Positions 19,502-26,250 of a stretch of DNA of 64,000 bases are shown piece after piece (the stretch's first letter is position 1; every line of letters starts with the position of its first letter). This DNA comes from Candidatus Crickella merdequi (lineage in GTDB: Bacteria > Bacillota > Clostridia > Peptostreptococcales > Anaerovoracaceae): the NCBI GenBank assembly GCA_018064645.1, contig JAGHUT010000064.1, positions 3,965-67,964 on the forward strand, in the 5' to 3' direction. Made by a program: the position numbers and the translations under genes. Below the pieces are notes generated by a model. The model was not told the origin of the DNA, did no database searches, and saw nothing but the letters and a program-made list of their open reading frames with translations.

Positions 19502-20800
19502 ATGAAGACTGTTGCTACAGAAAAAAGAATACTTGCAATTTTGCTTTCAGCAATACTACTTTGCGAACTGTTTTCGATGACTGGTTCTGTTGTAAGTGCT
19601 GCAGACGAAATGTCAATTGAAACGTATGATGTAGAACTTGAGTATTACACATGTACATATGATGGAACGGCCAAGACACCAGGCGTAACAGTAAGAAATC
19701 CAAAAGGGCTGCAGGAGCTTACTCAAGATGTTGACTATTGTGTTGAGTATGGAAGCAATACGGACACTGGCTGGATAAGCGTAACAGTAAAAGGTATTGG
19801 ACAATACACAGGCGCTAAAACTACATTCTTTGAAGTCAGAAAAGATACAGATATACAAGCAGACAGATTGTTCGGTGAAAAAAAGGTAAAGAGAATTTAT
19901 GGAAAAAACAGATATCTGACTTCAATGGATATTGCTTTGGAGCTTAAAGGGGCGCTTGGGATAGATTACTTTGATAACATTATTGTAACCTATGGGGGGA
20001 ATTATCCAGATGCGCTTTCTGGAGGATACCTTGCGAAGGTAAAAAACGCACCAATTCTAACTGTCGACAAGGCCGTTGAGAAGGATGTTCGAAATTTCAT
20101 CGAGAAGTATCTCGCTGAGGGGGGGACAGTATACATTCTCGGCGGGGAAGCGGTTATCCCCAAGTCGTTCCAAGAATCGCTTAAAAAAATCGAAAATAAG
20201 AACGTGTCAGTAGAAAGACTTGATGGGAAAAACCGTTATGAAACAAATTTAAAAATCTTAAATGAGGCAGGCGTTGATAAAGAGCCTCTGTTAATTTGCT
20301 CATCCAACGGATATGCTGACAGTCTTTCGGCATCCGCTGTCGGGCTCCCCGTTATGCTTGTTGGCACAACATTGTTAGAGGATCAAAAGGATTACTTAAA
20401 GGAGTTAAGTAGCGACTTCTGTTATATAATTGGTGGAAATGCGGCAGTTAGTCCAGCTCTTGAAAATAGCATAAAGAGCATTCAGACTAAAGAAGGTGCT
20501 GTTCGCACTACACACAGACTTGCAGGATCAACAAGATATCAGACATCCGTAAAAGTTGCGGAAACTTTCTTCGATAATAGAACGGAAAACGTGGTGTTTG
20601 CATATGCACTAAACTTCCCAGATGGTTTATCGGGAGGAAGATTGGCAGGAGCGATTGGGGCACCGTTGATTCTAGTTGAAAATTCAAATACAGCAGCGGC
20701 AAAAGCCTTTTTAGGTCACACTGATATCAAAAGAGCAGTGGTTCTAGGAGGGCCGACTTTTGTGTCCGATGCTGCTGTAAATAATATTATGAAGTATTAG
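19502..20800 (+). CDS. CWB2-anchored surface protein with an N-terminal Ig-like/adhesin-type repeat
   Basis: 432 aa with a signal peptide. The N-terminal module is YDGTAKTPGVTV...DVDYCVEYGSNTDTGWISVTVKGIGQYTG. CWB2 units: GKNRYLTS, GKNRYETN, GSTRYQTS. Confidence 0.75.
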   Translation: MKTVATEKRILAILLSAILLCELFSMTGSVVSAADEMSIETYDVELEYYTCTYDGTAKTPGVTVRNPKGLQELTQDVDYCVEYGSNTDTGWISVTVKGIGQYTGAKTTFFEVRKDTDIQADRLFGEKKVKRIYGKNRYLTSMDIALELKGALGIDYFDNIIVTYGGNYPDALSGGYLAKVKNAPILTVDKAVEKDVRNFIEKYLAEGGTVYILGGEAVIPKSFQESLKKIENKNVSVERLDGKNRYETNLKILNEAGVDKEPLLICSSNGYADSLSASAVGLPVMLVGTTLLEDQKDYLKELSSDFCYIIGGNAAVSPALENSIKSIQTKEGAVRTTHRLAGSTRYQTSVKVAETFFDNRTENVVFAYALNFPDGLSGGRLAGAIGAPLILVENSNTAAAKAFLGHTDIKRAVVLGGPTFVSDAAVNNIMKY

Positions 20801-20805
20801 CAGGT

Positions 20806-21930
20806 ATGAACATTATTAATTCAAGCAACACTTTAATAACGGTAATCGGAGCTTTCGGGCTGGCTGCTGTAATCGCTTTTGTGATGGCACCGGTCAGCAT
20901 TAAGGTTGCCCATAAGATTGGAGCAATTGATATTCCGAAGGATGAGAGAAGAATGCACAAGAAGCCGATTCCAAGATTTGGAGGACTGGCAATCTTTGCT
21001 GGAACCATGGTTTCAATGGGTCTTTTCGAGGGCGATAACGAGCTCATTCGAGTTGCAATGCTCGGCGGTGTTCTTATGTATCTTCTTGGAGCAGTTGACG
21101 ATGTTAAAAGTCTTTCTGCCCCTGTTAAGTTTGCCGGCCAGATGGCAATTGCTATTCTGATGTATGGTATGGGCATCAGAATCGGCTTCATTGCCAACTA
21201 TTTCGGTCCGGGAACTCTTAACCTGGGACTTGGTATAAGCTTCCTGATTACAATATTCTGGATTGTTGGAGTAACCAATGCAATTAATCTTATGGATGGA
21301 CTCGATGGTCTTGCAGGAGGAATAACAGCGATTATCGCACTTTTCCTGGCTTATGTTGCCTACATCCACGGAGATGAGATGGGAATGATTTCGGTTGGCA
21401 TCAGTCTTATGGCTCTTGCCGGCGGATGTGCGGGCTTCCTTCCATATAACTTCAATCCGGCGAAAACCTTTATGGGAGACAGCGGAGCTCTTTTCCTGGG
21501 ATATATGATCGCAGTAATGTCTGTAATATCACCGCTTAAGAGAGCGACGCTCGTTGCAGCACTTGTTCCTATCATGGCGCTTGCTATTCCGATCTTTGAT
21601 ACGCTTTTTGCAATTGTGAGACGTATCATCAGAAGAGAACATATTATGGCACCTGACAAGGGTCACATTCATCACAGGATAATGAGAACAGGCTTCGGTC
21701 AGAGAAGATCTGTACTTATCATATATGGAGTTGTTGGGATTATGGGTATGTCCGCAGTGCTTATCAGCCGAGAGCTGTACAAGGATGCAATTATTCTTGC
21801 TTTTATTGCGGCAATGTATTTAAGTGTAATTCTAGTTGAACAGAAGCCAAGGGAATATGAAAGCCCTAGCGACTGGATCAGAAAAGCAAAGCCAAAGACT
21901 GGTGAGTCAGAGTGGCAGAAGGAAGAGTAA
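20806..21930 (+). CDS. Polyprenyl-phosphate N-acetylhexosamine-1-phosphate transferase (WecA/TagO/MraY family, GT4)
   Basis: 374 aa polytopic membrane protein with the NAINLMDGLDGLAGG and FMGDSGALFLGY motifs of the MraY/WecA family. Confidence 0.85.
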   Translation: MNIINSSNTLITVIGAFGLAAVIAFVMAPVSIKVAHKIGAIDIPKDERRMHKKPIPRFGGLAIFAGTMVSMGLFEGDNELIRVAMLGGVLMYLLGAVDDVKSLSAPVKFAGQMAIAILMYGMGIRIGFIANYFGPGTLNLGLGISFLITIFWIVGVTNAINLMDGLDGLAGGITAIIALFLAYVAYIHGDEMGMISVGISLMALAGGCAGFLPYNFNPAKTFMGDSGALFLGYMIAVMSVISPLKRATLVAALVPIMALAIPIFDTLFAIVRRIIRREHIMAPDKGHIHHRIMRTGFGQRRSVLIIYGVVGIMGMSAVLISRELYKDAIILAFIAAMYLSVILVEQKPREYESPSDWIRKAKPKTGESEWQKEE

Positions 21931-21931
21931 G

Positions 21932-22702
21932 ATGTTTAAAGATGAATACAAGGCAATGGAAAATGCCGGAGTAGCGAAGGTCGCCCTGCTTGATAATAAT
22001 ATCAGAGCGTATATTGTATCTTCCCTCATGGCAGGTGCTTTTATCGGAATCGGTGTAATGCTCATGAGCACAGTTGGCGCCTATGCAGCAGGAACGCCTT
22101 ATGTGAAGCTTGCAATGGGTGTGGTGTTCAGCGTGGCGCTGTCGCTTGTAGTAATTGCCGGAGCAGAACTTTTCACGGGTAACAACATGGTGGTAATGGC
22201 CAGCGTTCTCAGAGGAAGAGTAACTGTCGGCAAGATGCTCAAACTGTGGATTATCTGCTTCATTGCAAACTGGATCGGTTCAATTATAGCAGCATGCGTG
22301 TTTACAGGTACCGGTCTTGCCAATGCAGATGTTGGATTATTTATTTCAAATGTTACAGCTACCAAGATGGCGGTTCCTGTGGGACAGCTGATCTGCAGAG
22401 GAATCCTTTGCAACTTCCTTGTTTGCCTGGCTGTATGGTGCGGATTCAGATGCAAGTCAGAAGCAGCAAAGCTTATCATGATAATCTGGTGCATCACATC
22501 ATTCGTAAGCTGCGGTTTTGAGCACAGTATTGCCAACATGACAATGCTAACTGTAGGAATGCTCAAAGCAAATAGCCTTGGAGTAGCAGGCGTGACAATT
22601 GGAGGATATTTTTACAATATTCTGACAGTTGCATTTGGCAATATAATCGGAGGAGCTCTTTGTGTAGCAATTCCATACGGAATCGTTTCCAAAGATAAAT
22701 AA
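21932..22702 (+). CDS. Formate/nitrite transporter (FNT) family channel
   Basis: ELFTGNNM and GFEHSIANM signatures. I place the start at ATG 21932, 1 nt after the upstream stop. The ORF-track start at 21836 would overlap the upstream gene by 95 nt. Confidence 0.85.
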   Translation: MFKDEYKAMENAGVAKVALLDNNIRAYIVSSLMAGAFIGIGVMLMSTVGAYAAGTPYVKLAMGVVFSVALSLVVIAGAELFTGNNMVVMASVLRGRVTVGKMLKLWIICFIANWIGSIIAACVFTGTGLANADVGLFISNVTATKMAVPVGQLICRGILCNFLVCLAVWCGFRCKSEAAKLIMIIWCITSFVSCGFEHSIANMTMLTVGMLKANSLGVAGVTIGGYFYNILTVAFGNIIGGALCVAIPYGIVSKDK

Positions 22703-22720
22703 AATAGCAAAAAAGAAAAA

Positions 22721-22757
22721 GAGAGGTGTTCCCAGCCGTCTGGGAAGCCTCTTTTTC
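22721..22757 (+). terminator. Rho-independent terminator after the FNT gene
   Basis: Hairpin gagaggtgttcccag / ctgggaagcctct followed by tttt. Confidence 0.7.
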
Positions 22758-22880
22758 GTTCTTCGAGATGAGTCTCGTATTAATTTCGGGGATTAATACG
22801 GAGGTTATGACACCAAATGTGTCTTGTCTAACGTTAAGATTATTATAGGCGATAAAAAAGTTATTGTCTAAAAAGGTAAT

Positions 22881-23010
22881 TTTTCCTGCGAGGAAAATAG
22901 GCGCGCAAAAATTTCTTTACAGGAAAATATTTTTAGGAAAAACCGTGATTTTTGATATAAAAGTCTTCAATATATGCAATAAGTTACAAATATTTTCTTG
23001 ATAGGAAAAT
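22881..23010. promoter_or_regulatory. Three operator-like palindromes TTTTC(C)T-N2-3-AGGAAAA(T) upstream of the XRE regulator gene
   Basis: ttttcct gcg aggaaaa (22881-22897, perfect 7-3-7). atttcttt ac aggaaaat (about 22911-22928). attttctt ga taggaaaat (about 22992-23010). An extra half-site aggaaaaa lies at about 22935. Confidence 0.45.
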
Positions 23011-23066
23011 TAAGAACAAGTATGTTATACTTCTGGTAGTGGGAATGTAATAAAGGGGATTCTAAT

Positions 23067-23789
23067 ATGGCAGAGATTGTTACTCCGACAGAACATGTTG
23101 GGAAGAGAATAAGACTTTATCGAAAGAAAAGCGGTTATACGCTTCTCGAATTCTCTCAGATGATTCACAGAAGTGTATCTGCAATATCCAAATACGAGAA
23201 TGGAATGGTATCCATCGATATCGACACGCTTTTTGAAATAGCTGAAGCGCTGGAGGTCTCCATCAGCCAGCTGCTGGACTACAACAGCCCAAGGAAAGAG
23301 ACGGCACCGACAACAGGAACTAATAATTTTTTCAGAAGATCGAATATCTTCTATATGTATCAGTACTCTGGTTTCGACAAGAGAACCAACAAATGCATTA
23401 TGGAGATTATTCCCAACCCTGACAGCGCAGAAGATAATGTAATGATGTATTACGGCGTGAAAGACACCAGGGATTACACAAAGTGTGATTTCCTTTACAG
23501 AGGAGAGATCACTTATAGTGACGCTTATGTAAACATCCAGGCCAGCAATCCTTACAGCGATGTGGATAAGATTTCGATATATGCTAAATCATCATTTTCT
23601 CCAAGCAGCACCACGGCAACAGGAATTATTCTTACGCTGGCAGAATCTCTGAGGAATCCTTATGCGGCAAAAGTGATTTTCTCTACTGAGCCGCTAACGG
23701 TAAATGCGGAGCTTCTTGAAGAACTCATGATTAATGACAAGGATTCAGTGGCGGATTTCAAGAAATCCAACGCCATGGTAATATACTAG
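23067..23789 (+). CDS. XRE-family HTH transcriptional regulator with an unassigned ~170-aa C-terminal domain
   Basis: N-terminal HTH_3 segment GKRIRLYRKKSGYTLLEFSQMIHRSVSAISKYENG. RBS aaagggga upstream. Confidence 0.8.
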   Translation: MAEIVTPTEHVGKRIRLYRKKSGYTLLEFSQMIHRSVSAISKYENGMVSIDIDTLFEIAEALEVSISQLLDYNSPRKETAPTTGTNNFFRRSNIFYMYQYSGFDKRTNKCIMEIIPNPDSAEDNVMMYYGVKDTRDYTKCDFLYRGEITYSDAYVNIQASNPYSDVDKISIYAKSSFSPSSTTATGIILTLAESLRNPYAAKVIFSTEPLTVNAELLEELMINDKDSVADFKKSNAMVIY

Positions 23790-23837
23790 AACCGTTGAAA
23801 AAAAGCCTTTTTGCAGGGATTAACTTTGCGAAAAGGC

Positions 23838-23865
23838 TTGATTTATTTGAAATAAAATGTATAAT
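23838..23865 (+). promoter_or_regulatory. Sigma-A-type promoter of rpsF-ssb-rpsR
   Basis: -35 TTGATT (23838-23843), 16-nt spacer, -10 TATAAT (23860-23865) preceded by TG. Confidence 0.6.
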
Positions 23866-23871
23866 GGTTGG

Positions 23872-23940
23872 GCGAGTCTCAGAAAGAGGCTCGATTCCTG
23901 CACCTTGCAATAAGGTAAGGTGCCATTTAGGCCATAGGAG
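23872..23940 (+). promoter_or_regulatory. Structured rpsF 5' leader (candidate S6:S18-binding autoregulatory RNA)
   Basis: Two hairpins, cgagtctc-agaaa-gaggctcg and gcacctt-gcaataaggt-aaggtgc, sit immediately before the RBS aggagg. Confidence 0.35.
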
Positions 23941-23949
23941 GTGAAACAC

Positions 23950-24237
23950 ATGAGAGACTATGAACTGTTATTCGTGCTCGACGCTGACCTCGCTGAGGAT
24001 CAGAAGGCAGCTATGATCGAGACAGTCAAGGGCATCATCAACAAGGGCGGCGAAGCTGGAGAGGCTGATGTTTGGGGAAGCAGAAAGCTTGCTTATCCAA
24101 TCAACAAGAAGAACGAGGGTTACTACGTAGTTCTTCCTTTCAAGGCTGATGCTGATCTCCCTAAGGAGCTCGACAGAAGACTGAAGATTTCCGATAACTG
24201 CGTAAGACACATCATCGTTGCTCAGGACGAGAAATAA
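23950..24237 (+). CDS. rpsF: 30S ribosomal protein S6
   Basis: MRDYELLFVLDADL... is a typical S6. ATG 23950 lies 8 nt after aggagg; the ORF-track GTG at 23941 is less likely. rpsF-ssb-rpsR synteny. Confidence 0.95.
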   Translation: MRDYELLFVLDADLAEDQKAAMIETVKGIINKGGEAGEADVWGSRKLAYPINKKNEGYYVVLPFKADADLPKELDRRLKISDNCVRHIIVAQDEK

Positions 24238-24250
24238 GTCGGGGTAAACT

Positions 24251-24712
24251 ATGAACAGCGTAATCTTAATCGGAAGACTTACAAGAGACCCTGAGTTAAG
24301 TTATACGCCTAACAACCAGACTGCAGTAACAAGATTTACAATCGCTGTTGACAGACCTGTAGCACAGGGAAGAGAGAGACAGGCAGATTTCATCAGAATT
24401 ACTGTATGGGGTAAGCAGGCAGAGACTTGCGACAGATATCTGTCGAAGGGTCGTCAGGTAGCTGTTATGGGAAGAATCCAGACAGGAAGCTACAAGAACA
24501 GAGAAGGTGTAACTGTTTACACAACTGATGTAGTAGCAGACAGAGTTGAATTCCTTGGAAGCGCTAACGGCAACGAGAGCGCAGGAAGAGGCGGATTCGG
24601 CGGCGGATTCAACGAGTCAAGAGACTCACAGACAGCAAATTCAGGATTCAGCGGCTTAATGGATGACTATCCAGACTCGTTCGAGGCAGCTGAAGATGAC
24701 ATTCCATTCTAA
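24251..24712 (+). CDS. ssb: Single-stranded DNA-binding protein
   Basis: OB-fold N-terminus MNSVILIGRLTRDPELSYT, Gly-rich linker and acidic C-terminal tip DDIPF. Confidence 0.95.
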   Translation: MNSVILIGRLTRDPELSYTPNNQTAVTRFTIAVDRPVAQGRERQADFIRITVWGKQAETCDRYLSKGRQVAVMGRIQTGSYKNREGVTVYTTDVVADRVEFLGSANGNESAGRGGFGGGFNESRDSQTANSGFSGLMDDYPDSFEAAEDDIPF

Positions 24713-24730
24713 AGAAAGGGGAAAGCACGA

Positions 24731-24976
24731 ATGTATAACAAGAATCAGAAGCGTCAGGGCGGCATGAGAAGAAAGAAGGTATGCCAGTTCTGTGCTGACA
24801 AGGATAAGAAGATTGATTATAAGGACGTTGAGACTCTTAAGAAGTACACTACTGAGAGAGGTAAGATCCTCCCTAGAAGAGTTACAGGCACATGTGCAAT
24901 GCACCAGAGAGCAGTTGCAGTAGCTATCAAGAGAGCAAGAGTAGTAGCTCTTCTCCCATTCGACGCTGAGCAGTAA
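24731..24976 (+). CDS. rpsR: 30S ribosomal protein S18
   Basis: 81 aa. [43 protein letters not shown] is typical of S18. Confidence 0.95.
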   Translation: MYNKNQKRQGGMRRKKVCQFCADKDKKIDYKDVETLKKYTTERGKILPRRVTGTCAMHQRAVAVAIKRARVVALLPFDAEQ

Positions 24977-24994
24977 ACTGCATAATCGAACTTG

Positions 24995-25021
24995 AAGGAC
25001 CGGACAATCCGGTCCTTTTAT
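24995..25021 (+). terminator. Rho-independent terminator after rpsR
   Basis: Stem aaggaccgga / tccggtcctt with a caa loop and a T-run. Confidence 0.85.
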
Positions 25022-25061
25022 CTTGCTCTCATTCTTTGATAAATAATTAACAAACAATCTC

Positions 25062-25090
25062 TTGCCAAGAGGTTGACTCTGTGCTAACAT
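25062..25090 (+). promoter_or_regulatory. Candidate promoter of the nif-like/hyp/hyd operon
   Basis: -35 TTGCCA (25062-25067), 17-nt spacer, extended -10 TGcTAACAT (25082-25090). Located between the rpsR terminator and the leader. Confidence 0.4.
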
Positions 25091-25125
25091 CAGTTCATCT
25101 GAGATCGAAATATCGCATTGAGGTT

Positions 25126-25210
25126 GAAGATGCCAATAGAGATAAGAGAAACGACAGGGACAACTGTCGGTATTGCGGCATCTTCCAATTGGGAAGATGT
25201 TTTTTATTTT
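25126..25210 (+). promoter_or_regulatory. Riboswitch-like leader: closing helix mutually exclusive with an intrinsic terminator
   Basis: gaagatgcc (25126-25134) pairs with ggcatcttc (25177-25185) and encloses the hairpin gacag-ggacaa-ctgtc. The same 3' strand (catcttcc, 25179-25186) pairs with ggaagatg (25192-25199), followed by ttttttatttt (25200-25210). RBS and ATG follow at 25218-25231. Confidence 0.5.
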
Positions 25211-25228
25211 ACTGAGAAGGAGACAGAT

Positions 25229-25486
25229 ATGGAAGGTTACAGAGTGGCAATTCTCGGGATCATCATCGAAGAGATGGAGTCGGTTGCAGAAGTAAATGCG
25301 GTTCTTCACGAGTTCAACGAGTACATAATCGGAAGAATGGGAATTCCATACAAAACAAGAGGAATCAACGTCATCAGCATAGCAGTAGATGCTCCATGCG
25401 ATGCGATCAATACAATGGCAGGCAAGCTGGGCAAGCTTAGCGGAGTAAGTGCGAAGGCTGTTTATTCGAAGCTTTCACATGAATAG
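25229..25486 (+). CDS. TM1266-type small ACT-like protein (family annotated as putative iron-only hydrogenase system regulator)
   Basis: 85 aa from ATG 25229 (RBS gaaggag). MEGYRVAILGIIIEE..VNAVLHEFNEYIIGRMGIPY..INTMAGKLGKLSGVSAKAVYS matches my recollection of Thermotoga TM1266. The ORF-track start at 25118 would translate through the terminator hairpin. Confidence 0.6.
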   Translation: MEGYRVAILGIIIEEMESVAEVNAVLHEFNEYIIGRMGIPYKTRGINVISIAVDAPCDAINTMAGKLGKLSGVSAKAVYSKLSHE

Positions 25487-25501
25487 GCGAGGTTGGAGAC
25501 T

Positions 25502-26248
25502 ATGAGAAAAATCGCAATTTACGGCAAGGGTGGTATCGGCAAATCGACAATATGTTCTAATGTCGCGGCTGCTCTTGCAGAAAAAGGGCTCAAAGTCATG
25601 CAGATAGGCTGCGATCCGAAGGCGGATTCTACTTATGCTCTCAGACACGGAGAGCCGCTGGCTACAGTCCTTGATACAGTGAGAGTCAAAGGCAGCAGTT
25701 TTGACCTTGATGAGGTGGTACATGAGGGCTATGCCGGAACCATCTGTGTGGAGGCAGGAGGCCCTGTGCCGGGCGTTGGATGTGCAGGCAGGGGAATTAT
25801 CACTGCCCTGGAGAAAATCGACGAGAAGGGCGTATATGACCGATACGAGCCGGATGTGATTATATATGATGTTCTTGGAGATGTAGTCTGCGGAGGCTTT
25901 TCCATGCCGATGAGAGGCGGCTACGCAGAAGAGGTGTACATTGTAACCTCTGGTGAGAACATGGCAATTTATGCAGCTGCAAATATTGCAGTGGCAATCG
26001 ATAATTTCAAGGGCAGAGGCTATGCAAAGCTTGGCGGTCTCATCCTCAACAGAAGAGATGTGAGGAACGAAGATGCCAAAGTGAAGGAGCTTTGCGAAGA
26101 CCTTAATACATCCCTTATTGGTGACATCCATAGGAGCGAAACAGTTCTGGACGCAGAGGAGAAGAAGCAGACTGTACTGGAAGCTTTTCCAGAAAGCAAT
26201 CAGGCAGAGGCGTACAGAACGCTTGCAGAGATAATCTGGAGCAGATAG
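25502..26248 (+). CDS. NifH-like (nitrogenase iron protein family) ATPase, copy 1
   Basis: [15 protein letters not shown] Walker A. Both [4Fe-4S] ligand contexts are present ([12 protein letters not shown] and [12 protein letters not shown]). ATG 25502 follows ggag. The ORF-track start at 25493 is TTG. Confidence 0.9.
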   Translation: MRKIAIYGKGGIGKSTICSNVAAALAEKGLKVMQIGCDPKADSTYALRHGEPLATVLDTVRVKGSSFDLDEVVHEGYAGTICVEAGGPVPGVGCAGRGIITALEKIDEKGVYDRYEPDVIIYDVLGDVVCGGFSMPMRGGYAEEVYIVTSGENMAIYAAANIAVAIDNFKGRGYAKLGGLILNRRDVRNEDAKVKELCEDLNTSLIGDIHRSETVLDAEEKKQTVLEAFPESNQAEAYRTLAEIIWSR

Positions 26249-26250
26249 AA

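Noticed and set aside
8700-20800. Looking for an S-layer protein (slpA) or secA2 within the CWB2 island
   Set aside because: None of the five CWB2 proteins has the two-domain SlpA layout. All have enzymatic or adhesin-like N-domains, and no SecA homolog is present.
21836-21931. Upstream-extended start codons from the ORF track (21836 for the FNT gene; likewise 36458 for hydE, 54567 for thiE, 58717 for DUF1858, 46912 for rhodanese, 23941 for rpsF)
   Set aside because: Each extension overlaps the preceding gene or lacks an RBS. In each case an internal ATG with a good Shine-Dalgarno sequence gives a family-typical N-terminus.
25118-25228. ORF-track N-terminal extension of the TM1266-like gene (start at 25118)
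   Set aside because: The extension would be translated through a strong hairpin plus T-run terminator. It has no RBS, whereas ATG 25229 has gaaggag at the proper distance and gives the ~85-aa size expected for the family.
24656-26131. Long minus-strand ORFs 24656-25309 (217 aa) and 25475-26131 (218 aa)
   Set aside because: They are antisense to rpsR, the leader and the well-supported NifH-like gene. Their composition is Cys/Ser/His-rich and low in complexity, with no RBS. These are typical shadow ORFs.
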